Program-made: the position numbers and the translations under genes
Notes under the pieces: model-generated
Told to the model about the DNA's origin: nothing
Databases searched by the model: none
What the model saw: the letters and a program-made list of their open reading frames with translations, nothing else
Shown here: positions 12,057 to 21,294 of the stretch, piece after piece
How positions within the stretch are numbered: the stretch's first letter is position 1
Layout of the letters: every line of letters starts with the position of its first letter
Source of the DNA: an uncultured virus (IMG/VR IMGVR_UViG_3300010938_000022)
Taxonomy: Duplodnaviria; Heunggongvirae; Uroviricota; Caudoviricetes
Virus record (IMG/VR): IMGVR_UViG_3300010938_000022
Length of the DNA stretch: 64,000 nucleotides
Strand: one strand, 5' to 3'

Positions 12057-12440
12057 ATGCTGTAGAACGATCAAAAACTTTATATTGTAACTAGAAGTGA
12101 TTTATCGGCTGGACTTCAGGCAGCTCAAAGTTGCCACGCACTATCAAAATTCTACGAAGAGCATCGCATTATAGCAAGTAAATGGTATAATGAATCTAAT
12201 TATATCTGTTTACTTGCCTGTAAAGATGTTGATCATCTAACATTAGTCAAAGTAATTTTAGAAAATAACAATCTTAATATATCAGTATTCTATGAACCTG
12301 ACTTAAATAATTCTATAACAGCTATTGCAGTAGAGCCTTCCGATACATCTAGAAGGCTTCTTGCTAACCTTCCGTTGGCATTACGAGATAATAAATCTAA
12401 CAACATATCTAACAAAGAGAAAGAATTAGTGGGTCTGTAG
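12057..12440 (+). CDS. pth2: Peptidyl-tRNA hydrolase Pth2-like protein with an in-frame amber codon at codon 3 (missing from the ORF track)
   Basis: GGAG RBS, then ATG CTG TAG AAC GAT CAA; KLYIVTRSDLSAGLQAAQSCHAL...VFYEPDLNNSITAIA...LANLPLAL. Confidence 0.8.
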
Positions 12441-12509
12441 CATAGTGGCAGTGCGGTATTACCTGCAAAGGCGAAAGAGATGGAGGTTCGATTCCTTCCA
12501 GACCCGCCA
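12431..12509 (+). tRNA. Atypical tRNA (Cys-like CU-GCA-AA loop, poorly paired anticodon stem)
   Basis: Acceptor GGGTCTG/CAGACCC, GGTTCGATTCC T arm, encoded CCA. Confidence 0.55.
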
Positions 12510-12513
12510 CAAA

Positions 12514-12601
12514 GGGTGAGTAGTTTAAGCGGAGCAGTTGATAGAGAACATCAGATGTAAAAGTCTGAAGAACGGAGGTTTGAATCCTTCCTCACCCACC
12601 A
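12514..12601 (+). tRNA. Atypical tRNA with enlarged D loop and 8-nt anticodon loop
   Basis: Acceptor GGGTGAG/CTCACCC, anticodon stem TCAGA/TCTGA, CCA end. Confidence 0.55.
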
Positions 12602-12608
12602 TTTTTAC

Positions 12609-12685
12609 GCGCTTGTAGCTCAATTGGTTAGAGCAGCTACCTCTAAATTAGAAGGTTGTGGGTTCGAGTCCCACCAAGCGCACCA
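12609..12685 (+). tRNA. tRNA with CUA anticodon (amber suppressor candidate)
   Basis: GCGCTTG/CAAGCGC, canonical D and T arms, loop CT-CTA-AA, only 3 bp in the anticodon stem, CCA. Confidence 0.7.
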
Positions 12686-12691
12686 GTTGTA

Positions 12692-12767
12692 GGCTCGGTA
12701 GTTTATTTGGTAAAACACATTAAGAGTATCTAATGGAAGGTGGGTTCGAATCCCACCCCTTGCTCCA
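12692..12767 (+). tRNA. Degenerate tRNA-like element
   Basis: Good T arm GTGGG-TTCGAAT-CCCAC and CCA; mismatched acceptor stem. Confidence 0.4.
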
Positions 12768-12768
12768 G

Positions 12769-12840
12769 GCTCTCATAATTCAATTAGAACACCGGTCTCT
12801 AAAACTGGTAATGTAGGTTAAAATCCTACTGAGAGCGCCA
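12769..12840 (+). tRNA. tRNA with CUA anticodon on a Trp-like anticodon arm (amber suppressor candidate)
   Basis: GCTCTCA/TGAGAGC, anticodon arm CCGGT-CTCTAAA-ACTGG, discriminator G, CCA; non-canonical T loop TTAAAAT. Confidence 0.7.
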
Positions 12841-12841
12841 C

Positions 12842-12908
12842 GCGAAGATAGTTTAATGAAAACTCTGTCTAACAGAATGTAGGTGTTCTACCCCTACTCT
12901 TCGCTCCA
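12842..12908 (+). tRNA. Shortened tRNA-like element with CUA at the anticodon hairpin tip
   Basis: GCGAAGA/TCTTCGC, TCTGT-CTA-ACAGA, CCA. Confidence 0.45.
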
Positions 12909-12966
12909 TTTAAATTGTATTAATTATGGTTCTAATCGTGTGCTATAGTATATAATATGGTGCCAA

Positions 12967-13368
12967 ATGAAAATCTACTATACAGATCATATAAATTTCA
13001 AATCTTGGAATTATCAAAACATTAGAGACGAAATTTCTGATGACAATTTAAAAATCAGTATTGACTTATTTGGACCAAATGCCAAGATTCTTGAAGAATA
13101 TAAATTCAATTATCCATTAACAGCATTAGAAGTATCTGATAATTATAGTAACCTGCTATTCCTAGTAGTATTTGGTGAAAAGGCTGACGAGTTTAGAGAT
13201 GTGTATGATGCATATGTATATGCTGGCATAGGATTCAACTACGCTTTAAAAGAAACAGTAAGGTTATTTAAAAACAAAAAAGAAGAGCCACAAAGCAAGC
13301 AAGCCATTTCAGATAGATTATTTGATATTGTTATCAAGAAAATGCCGGTATCTGATGATAAAGAATAA
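12967..13368 (+). CDS. Hypothetical protein
   Basis: 133-aa ORF. Confidence 0.55.
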   Translation: MKIYYTDHINFKSWNYQNIRDEISDDNLKISIDLFGPNAKILEEYKFNYPLTALEVSDNYSNLLFLVVFGEKADEFRDVYDAYVYAGIGFNYALKETVRLFKNKKEEPQSKQAISDRLFDIVIKKMPVSDDKE

Positions 13369-13589
13369 GCTAATCTATTAATCAGATGGAAGAATTTAAC
13401 AGGCAAAGAGAAACCAGGGTTCATGGCATGATTAAAATATATAAAGTTGGTGGCACGATGCAATTTTGCTGGAATCATACTAAATGAAAATTAGATAGAT
13501 GCTAGTAATATGCAACATCTCATTGTAAGACAGAGACTAGATAAATTAAAAGCACTTATAAATAAATTACAATCTAAGTAAATATTTAT

Positions 13590-13997
13590 ATGCATAAATC
13601 TGGCAAAGTATGGGGATGGACTTATCCAATTTTTAATATTTTAGGCGTTGAAATTGATAGAATCCATGTTATAAAAGGTGGATATTGTTCTGTTCATAAA
13701 CATGAATATAGATTTAATGCTTTTTTCGTATTTAATGGATCATTAGAAATTGATACATGGAAGAATGATTATGATTTGTGCGATAAAACAATTTTAGAGA
13801 AAGATCAATTTACTATAGTTAAGCCTGGTGAATATCATAGATTTTTTGCAAAATCTGATGTTGATGCGCTAGAAATTTATTGGACAAATCCAGCGTCATC
13901 TTCTGATATAATTAGGCAATTAAGTGGTGGAATAACTAACCTAGTTCCTCCAGATTGGGATAAAAATGCGCTTAGAGAAAGCAATAAAGATAAGTGA
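13590..13997 (+). CDS. Cupin-domain protein
   Basis: KVWG, CSVHKH, F.V..G.L, PGEYHRF, ALEIY. Confidence 0.8.
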   Translation: MHKSGKVWGWTYPIFNILGVEIDRIHVIKGGYCSVHKHEYRFNAFFVFNGSLEIDTWKNDYDLCDKTILEKDQFTIVKPGEYHRFFAKSDVDALEIYWTNPASSSDIIRQLSGGITNLVPPDWDKNALRESNKDK

Positions 13998-14408
13998 TAA
14001 GACTAAACAGGTATTAAACTCTGTTGATACAGAAGTTTTAGCCGAATTATCACAAAAATAGCTCCAGGTATTGCAGACCTTTATGGCAAGATTAATGATG
14101 ATCTTAGAGAATGGGTAGAATATGCTGAAGATCCACCTCCACCACGTAATTTAGAAGATATTCTGAAAGAAGAATTAGTAAAGCCTCGTGAACCTAATGA
14201 ATGGAAGCCAAGCGTTTGGTATCAAGCTTATCCAACCAATATGAATATTGCATTAGAGGATACTGGTTGCTGTTATTGGTATATTAAAAATGATGTTAGT
14301 ATTGGTATTAGATGTGATTCTAAATTATCAGATGAAGCATATAATTTACTTAAGAAGGACTTGGTAGGCATTAATGTAATGGGCATACCACTACATGTAT
14401 CTGAATAG
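13966..14408 (+). pseudogene. Frameshifted hypothetical gene (A5 run at 14054-14058)
   Basis: MRLEK...LSQK continues as IAPGIADLYGK...LHVSE* in the -1 frame. Confidence 0.55.
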
Positions 14409-14409
14409 T

Positions 14410-15474
14410 ATGAATACAGAATATGAGTTATCACTTGTGTTTGATCTTTCTGACACATATTTATTACAAGATTACGCATTGACTCTTTTTAATCCTGGTA
14501 CTAGCATAACTGATTATTATTTAGATCAGAATAATAGATTTAGATATGATGGTTCAACTTTTACTGCATGTACAAAATCTGGTAATAAAGCATCTGGTGC
14601 TAGGTTGGAGTATGAAACTAAGATTAATGCATCTAATGATGAAGATTTCAAATTATTCTTAAAAAATTCTTCTAAATTAATCATTGAAAAAGAGAGATAT
14701 AATTTAGATATAAATCCAAATTATAGAATGACTGCTGATATTGTTAAATCACCATTAAAAATTGGTATAATTGAACTAGAATTTGATAAAAGAGAACTTT
14801 TAGATAAGGCTATTAAAAAGACTGAATCTCTAAATCTAAAAGTATGTCCATTAAATGCTTGGAAATTTAACAAAAGAAGAATTGGTATCGCAGGTGGCCC
14901 TAGTAGTGGCAAAACATCAGTCGCTAAAGAATTATCTTTAAAATTGAATAATCAATATGGTGCTAACTCTTCTGATGTAGTAGAATACGCAACATCATTC
15001 ATACAAAAGATGAAGAGATATCCAAATTTTCAAGATCAATCTTGGATTTGTATGAAGCAATTTGAAAGAGAAGACACAATTTCTAGAACTGCTAATATTG
15101 TGTTAAGTGACTGCCCAGTATTCATATCGTACATCTATGCACAACGTTCTATGAGGGGGAATACTTCGACTTCATTTACTGATTATGCTTTACAGGCATT
15201 ATATAAGAGATCAATACACTCTTTAGATTTATATGATAAATTTTATCTTCTTGATACTATAAATTACCGTGAAAATGGTGTTAGGTATCACAATTTTGAA
15301 GAATCAAAGCAAGTATTTAGCGAAATTAAACAATTTTTAGAAAATTCTGGTAGATGTAATAAATTAAATATTTGTGATTATACAAAAGTTGATGAAATAC
15401 TAAAAGATATATTATATCTGAATAATATTAGAAAACTTAATGAATTTATAAATTGGTGCAAATATAATATATAA
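14410..15474 (+). CDS. CYTH-like triphosphatase domain fused to a NadR/AAA-type P-loop kinase
   Basis: EYE, DYYLD, RFR, EKER, IELEF; GGPSSGKT, VEYA, ENGVR. Confidence 0.75.
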   Translation: MNTEYELSLVFDLSDTYLLQDYALTLFNPGTSITDYYLDQNNRFRYDGSTFTACTKSGNKASGARLEYETKINASNDEDFKLFLKNSSKLIIEKERYNLDINPNYRMTADIVKSPLKIGIIELEFDKRELLDKAIKKTESLNLKVCPLNAWKFNKRRIGIAGGPSSGKTSVAKELSLKLNNQYGANSSDVVEYATSFIQKMKRYPNFQDQSWICMKQFEREDTISRTANIVLSDCPVFISYIYAQRSMRGNTSTSFTDYALQALYKRSIHSLDLYDKFYLLDTINYRENGVRYHNFEESKQVFSEIKQFLENSGRCNKLNICDYTKVDEILKDILYLNNIRKLNEFINWCKYNI

Positions 15475-15483
15475 CCTATAAGG

Positions 15484-15753
15484 ATGAATAATATGGAAAG
15501 TTTTGAAAAACGCTTAGCTGATTCTATTAATAAAATTTTATATGAAGACAATGATGTTGTTGAGATGAGTTCTTCAGAATATGCTAATAAGGCTGACAAG
15601 GCATCACAGGAGCCAAGTGCTGGTACTGTTAGATCGCCCAAGAAGGATTGGTTTGGAAATAAACCATCTAGCAAGTCAGCTGAAAAATTAGAAAAAATTG
15701 CCTCTAAGCATACAAAAGGTGGTGTAGATCCAAGTAAAGCAAAAGGCTGCTAA
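15484..15753 (+). CDS. Small charged hypothetical protein
   Basis: ORF with AAGG RBS. Confidence 0.55.
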   Translation: MNNMESFEKRLADSINKILYEDNDVVEMSSSEYANKADKASQEPSAGTVRSPKKDWFGNKPSSKSAEKLEKIASKHTKGGVDPSKAKGC

Positions 15754-15838
15754 TTTGCCATAGCGAGTGAGGATAGTTGATCTCATATTAGGCCACCATT
15801 TTGTGGCCTATTGCGTATTTTATAATATAGGAGAAAAT

Positions 15839-16144
15839 ATGCCATATATAAAGCAAGAAGATAGAGTAAATTTGTCTACTATAGCCATGAATTTGCATTC
15901 TGAACTAAGAAGATTAAGTGGTGGGCCAGAACCTCATTTTAGACATGTAGCTGGTAATTTAAATTTTTTCATTAGTACTGTTATTAATGAATTATTGAAA
16001 GATGATAGATCATATGCTAGAATAAATGAATTAATTGGCGCTTTAGAATGCGCCAAGCTTGAAGTATATCGAAAATTGGTTGCGCCATATGAAGATACAA
16101 AAGCCGTACTCAATGGTGAAGTTTTTGAAAGCATACATTCATAA
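15839..16144 (+). CDS. Conserved phage protein (MPYI...G.LNF...GALECAKLE.YR...PYED.K...NG)
   Basis: Recognisable conserved motif; AGGAG RBS before ATG 15839. Confidence 0.75.
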   Translation: MPYIKQEDRVNLSTIAMNLHSELRRLSGGPEPHFRHVAGNLNFFISTVINELLKDDRSYARINELIGALECAKLEVYRKLVAPYEDTKAVLNGEVFESIHS

Positions 16145-16157
16145 CCAAATATAATTT

Positions 16158-17100
16158 ATGGAAAAAGATAATTTCGATATTAAATTAGATAATGCTCTAT
16201 CTAAAGTAAATCGTAGTGAGATTGACTTACTTGGTAATAGGCCATTACTTACTATTGTCAAAATATTATTGAAAAATACTGACGCCGGATCTTATTTAAA
16301 TACCGCTTTAGAAGGCGATTTCTCAAGATCATTTTCTGATGAAGCAGAAGAAGAATTGGAATTTGATGCTGAAGAATTTGTTTCAAAGCAATTTAATACT
16401 ATCCCTATTGGTAAAGACTTAATTATAGATTATGAATTTGAAGATAAAATAGATATAAATATGCATGTTGGGCCATATGCTAAAGAGCCTAGTTATAAAA
16501 CTGGTTATATTCAAAAGTCAGTTTACTTTAAACTCTATGTTATTAATACTTATATGTCAGATGGTAAAGTTATAATAAAATATAATTATCAGATTGAAAC
16601 AAAAGTATCAGATTAATATGACAATAGGTATAAATACAGGAGTTGTTGTAACTTTAACTACTTTAAATAGCGATGGTACTATTAGTAGAAAAATAGAAAA
16701 GGTATCACATGAAGTTGTTCAAACCATAGCTCAAGCTATTGGAGTAGTTGCTGCGAAGGAGTCAGATAATTATATTTTTAAAAACTATAATTATGAAAAT
16801 AAGTTACATAGATTAGTATCAGTGAATGATAATGATGTAATAGAAATAATAGACAGGAAAATAATAGACACAAGAAGACCTGATCTATTTGAGCCAATTA
16901 AAATTTTAGCAGACTGTTTAAAAATACAAAAATTTATTAAAGAATTAAAAGAAGAAAAGACAAACGCTACTGAAGATAGATCAAAAGAAATAGATGATGA
17001 ATTACTATATTTATCAGGATTATGTTCCATTAAAGAGCAATTATTATCAAATAATGGTATAAACTTTGTAAATGATATTGATTCCAGTGGCTCTGCTTAG
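16158..17100 (+). CDS. Two hypothetical proteins (16158-16616, about 16618-17100)
   Basis: ORF track. Confidence 0.55.
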
Positions 17101-17141
17101 TAAATATACTACTTATTATTTCAAAAATATTTGGAGGGATT

Positions 17142-17420
17142 ATGAAGAAATTTTTACTATTTACTGGTGCTTCAATACTATTATTTTGCTCTGTAGGATG
17201 TGCGTCCCTAGAGAAGCAGGCAACATTAGTTAATTGGAAAAATGTTGAGAAAGTTACTGCAGAAAATGATGCTTTTTGGGATGCTTCAGATAAGCCTGAC
17301 TCTGTTAAAAATGTAAAGAAAGAAAGAAATGACAGAGCAAGAAAGCTAGCAAAGCAAATGGCTGAATCTGCCGGTAATAAACAAGAAACATTTATTCCAG
17401 ACCCAGCGGACGGTGAATAA
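17142..17420 (+). CDS. Putative lipoprotein
   Basis: MKK plus hydrophobic stretch plus lipobox-like SVGC; GGAGG RBS. Confidence 0.7.
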   Translation: MKKFLLFTGASILLFCSVGCASLEKQATLVNWKNVEKVTAENDAFWDASDKPDSVKNVKKERNDRARKLAKQMAESAGNKQETFIPDPADGE

Positions 17421-18168
17421 TGGCTGATACAAATGAAAAATTAGAGGCTGCTAAAAATGCTATCCTAGAAGAAGGTAAGAAGCAGCTCGATATCTTCCTT
17501 GAATTATTAAAGGATGATGGGCAAGAAGCTTTAGTTGAAGGCCAAAAATTCGTAGCCCTTGGTAAGAATCTTTTACAAGATGTTGCTACTAGTAAAATTA
17601 CACAGGCTGAATTCGTTGATGGGATAGAAGATATAAAGCTTGCATTAAGCTCTTATTTATTAGCAGAGGGATTGAAGAAAGCTGATATCTATTTAAAAGC
17701 CCTTGTTTCTGCTTTAAAGAGTATAGCTAGTGTAGCTATTACTATACTTTTGGCATTAGTATGAAGATAGATGAAGAAATAGATCCTAAACTTGTAGAGT
17801 CATGGAAACTCTTTGATGAGAAGGCTCGTAGCCTTAATTTAGACTATGGTATTGAGTCTGACGAGCCTTCTAGACAAGTTTACTCTATTAATTCAGAGAA
17901 AAATACTAATTGGAAAACTATTGTTGACTATATGTTCGAAACAGACAACATTAAAAATAACGTTGTCTTTATGAAAATCGATCCAAGCTATAAAAAAGGC
18001 CATGTTTTTTTAGAATTTACTATTGCTGCAATAAATGATGATACAATATTAAAGTATGTACCTCATTTGACGATAAATCAAAAAATTGCTAATTCTAATG
18101 TTTCAGAATCTGAAAAGAAGTTAGAAATATTATTGGATAATGTTTTAAATGAAGATAATCAAATTTAA
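17420..18168 (+). CDS. Two hypothetical proteins (17420-17764 with hydrophobic C-terminus; 17761-18168)
   Basis: Overlapping stop/start codons. Confidence 0.6.
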
Positions 18169-18180
18169 ATGGGGAATTAG

Positions 18181-19263
18181 ATGGCCAAGCAAAAGCTATC
18201 AGAAGTAATAAATATTAATAAACCTAACGCACATGGTGAGTTAGAGTTTATATTTAAAGATAGAAATGGCAAAGAATTATATAGATATAGAGAGCCAAAT
18301 TTAGTCAAAGTCTTTGCAAAAGAAATATTACCACACAGAATGCATTATTCTAAAATTTGGAATCCAAATGCAGGTAGCGGAGCCGGTGCTTGGGAAAGTT
18401 CTGGTATAGATGAAAGTGAAGAATTCGCCGCAAAATACATATTACTAGGTGCGTCATATGATGAAAATGGCGTACCATTAGAATTCAATGACACAAGATA
18501 TTATACTGAGGATACCGTATCTAGCTCCTTTATACCAGTTACATTAAATCCAGGCGCAGAATATGATGGTAGCTTAATTAACGGTATACCAATGATCGAA
18601 CCTGATAGACCATTAAAGAGAGTTGAATCAATAAGTTATGAATCATCTTACCAGCCATCTGGTACTCCATTATTGCAAGACGACGTTAGGGCAATGAATA
18701 ACGTTGTAGTATTAGAAACTACACTTAAAACTAATGAGTATAATGGGTTTGGTGTAACTGACAGCGATTATTTCACATTAACAGAAGTAGCTTTAGCTGG
18801 TGGTAGAATATTTGATACAATTGGGGCATGTAATTGTACACCAAGGAAGTTATTTTTACAAGGTACTTTAGACGGGTCAACAGATACATCAGAAAGACCA
18901 TTAGTATGTGTGGCAAATGGTGGAAGTGTTATAACAATTGATATGGCAGAAACCGATGTTGATTTAATAAAAGAAGGCGACCAGATTAGAATAGGTGCAA
19001 CATCTGATGTACTTGATGGTAGTTCAGAACTTAGTGATTTAAGCCAAACTTCCCCATATTATTTGGTTATCAGTAAATCTGTTGGTGGTAGGGATATAAC
19101 ACTAGATAGAGCAGTAGTTGATAGCAGCAGTAACCAAATTACTGGTAGTGTAGGAGTTTTTAGAGACACTTTGAAGATATTTTCACACAGAATATTATCA
19201 ACACCTATTAGGAAAAGTAATAACATCGAATTAGTTATTAGGTGGAGAATTATATTTAATTAA
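18181..19263 (+). CDS. Probable baseplate/tail structural protein
   Basis: TEVAL...FSHRI...IRK....LVIRWRI.F C-terminus typical of myophage baseplate/fibre-attachment proteins. Confidence 0.6.
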   Translation: MAKQKLSEVININKPNAHGELEFIFKDRNGKELYRYREPNLVKVFAKEILPHRMHYSKIWNPNAGSGAGAWESSGIDESEEFAAKYILLGASYDENGVPLEFNDTRYYTEDTVSSSFIPVTLNPGAEYDGSLINGIPMIEPDRPLKRVESISYESSYQPSGTPLLQDDVRAMNNVVVLETTLKTNEYNGFGVTDSDYFTLTEVALAGGRIFDTIGACNCTPRKLFLQGTLDGSTDTSERPLVCVANGGSVITIDMAETDVDLIKEGDQIRIGATSDVLDGSSELSDLSQTSPYYLVISKSVGGRDITLDRAVVDSSSNQITGSVGVFRDTLKIFSHRILSTPIRKSNNIELVIRWRIIFN

Positions 19264-19277
19264 GCTTAAGGATAATT

Positions 19278-21056
19278 ATGCCAACGATTGATCCATCATT
19301 AGTCCCAACTGTAACCCCAGGTTCTTTGTTCAGTAAATTTACTGAACAGGATTTGCTAAATATTAGGTGGCTAGTAGCCGGTGATGCTGGTTACTTTGAA
19401 GCTTTAAACAGACCTATCGCTGATTTAGCAGTAAGACAATTGATTATAGCAAAGGCTGTTGATGCCCTCCAAATAAGATTAGGTCATCAAAATATGTTTC
19501 CATTTATTGTGCAACCACAATTAGACCTTGGCGGCACAATGAGATTTGATGTACCATTATCGTTAATATGGGATTCACATGTTTCACTGCCAAAAAAATG
19601 GAAAAATATAAGATTAGCTAAAATTAAAAGAATCAGTGGTCATAATGCAACTGGGTCAACTGGATCTGGTAATTCAGATTACACCGGAAAATTAAGATTA
19701 ATATTCACTGGTCAAGAAACTTTAGTCTCGGCAGAAACAGCTATATTTATGGCTGATTATACCATAGATAGTACTCTTGACTTCCAGTTAGTTGATGTTT
19801 CAGTTGTTACATCATCTGAAGAATCTATTGCAATAGGATCTGGTGAATCAGAGACAATAGCTGGGCAAATCATTTTTAAAACAATGGATCTAACAGAAGC
19901 AGATGTACAAGCTTTCTTAGATACCGTAGCTCCTCCAATGCCTGGAACAGAAGATAGTGAAGGTATATTCTTGTCTCCAGCTACTTATGAATTAGCAGAT
20001 AATGATGCTGGTGGCGCATCTGTTGATAATGATTTATCATTTACTGTGTTTACACACGGCTCTGGTATGTTAACATCTAGCGCCCTTTGTAACATTCCAT
20101 CATTAGATTCAGATTTGAATACTTGGATTAATACATTTAACTTTCCATTTAGAAGCGATGCTACTTTAACAGCTTCTACCCCCGCAGCGATTGAAATACC
20201 AAAGGGGTTATTTGAAGAATTCACATTAATTGTACCAAATAATGATAGGCCAACTGGTAACACTACTGGAAATTATTTTCCAGTATGGGTTAGTAAGATT
20301 GTAAGAAACGATGTAAGCGCTAACCAAATTACTTTATATTTTGCAACATTTAATGTTAGCAGCGTTGCATCTACTGAAGCAATTGACTTTGCAACATTAG
20401 TATTAACAAGAGATGCTATTGGTGGTACTATATTAGCTATAGAACCATTAGATGACTTATTCCCATTAATCACTGATCCTACTTTATCAGCACAATTTAG
20501 ACAAGGATTTGGACACGGCCATGTTAGATTAAGCTCTAAGTGGGGAGTAACTGATGGTGAAGTTAATGACTTTTTTGATTCATTAGTTCCATTCGTTGGC
20601 GATGATCTCGAATTTACATTTACAGCATCAGCAACTGCATTAAGCTCGTTTGGATTATCAAGAATTCCAAAAAGTATTCCAACAATTGGTGAATCAGAAG
20701 CATTATCTGGTTCTACAAGTAGTTTAGATAATCCTAAATATCCAAGTTCAAATAATAGATATGTTGTTGAAGAAGATCAAGGAGTTGGAGATACACTTGA
20801 CTTTAGTGACCCAGACACAGGCTTAGATGCTAGCATAAGAGAGCATCCATCAATTGCACAATATGGGCAAACTGGTGCATTAGTTCATAGAACCGTATCA
20901 CTTGTAGTAGACCTATCTAAAGGTGATATTAACTATAATACTCATATTTTACCAAGATTGAATCTACTACTAGGTAGAAATCCAAAATTTGGTGATTATT
21001 GGTGGGATGGAACTAATTTAAAGTTCTTTACTGGCGATTCTTGGGTAGCATTATAA
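19278..21056 (+). CDS. Probable virion structural protein
   Basis: 592 aa, S/T/G/D-rich, in the structural cluster. Confidence 0.6.
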   Translation: MPTIDPSLVPTVTPGSLFSKFTEQDLLNIRWLVAGDAGYFEALNRPIADLAVRQLIIAKAVDALQIRLGHQNMFPFIVQPQLDLGGTMRFDVPLSLIWDSHVSLPKKWKNIRLAKIKRISGHNATGSTGSGNSDYTGKLRLIFTGQETLVSAETAIFMADYTIDSTLDFQLVDVSVVTSSEESIAIGSGESETIAGQIIFKTMDLTEADVQAFLDTVAPPMPGTEDSEGIFLSPATYELADNDAGGASVDNDLSFTVFTHGSGMLTSSALCNIPSLDSDLNTWINTFNFPFRSDATLTASTPAAIEIPKGLFEEFTLIVPNNDRPTGNTTGNYFPVWVSKIVRNDVSANQITLYFATFNVSSVASTEAIDFATLVLTRDAIGGTILAIEPLDDLFPLITDPTLSAQFRQGFGHGHVRLSSKWGVTDGEVNDFFDSLVPFVGDDLEFTFTASATALSSFGLSRIPKSIPTIGESEALSGSTSSLDNPKYPSSNNRYVVEEDQGVGDTLDFSDPDTGLDASIREHPSIAQYGQTGALVHRTVSLVVDLSKGDINYNTHILPRLNLLLGRNPKFGDYWWDGTNLKFFTGDSWVAL

Positions 21057-21267
21057 TTCAGGAAGTGTATCATATAACAGCCAATATGTTGGATGTGATT
21101 TGATAACTTTTTCTGCTGGCTTCCATTTATGCTTTAATATATGAGTATACCATCTTTAAATCTGTACTAATGATTTCTTCTGCTTCTGGCCATCTTCTTT
21201 CCAAAATTTTAATGACATAATCAGACAATCTTTTGGTTATGTCTTCAAATATATTATATAGCTTCAT
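21051..21267 (-). pseudogene. Frameshifted remnant paralogous to the RWPEAE repeats of 55632..56549
   Basis: MKLYNIFED...RLSDY...RWPEAEEII..., then KWKPAEKVI in another frame. Confidence 0.6.
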
Positions 21268-21294
21268 AAAATAATTTTGCGTGGTATATAATAT

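Noticed and set aside
13369..13581. Possible ncRNA in the gap after ORF 12967
   Set aside because: Reads as an in-frame decayed coding tail with TAA, TGA and TAG; no strong structure seen
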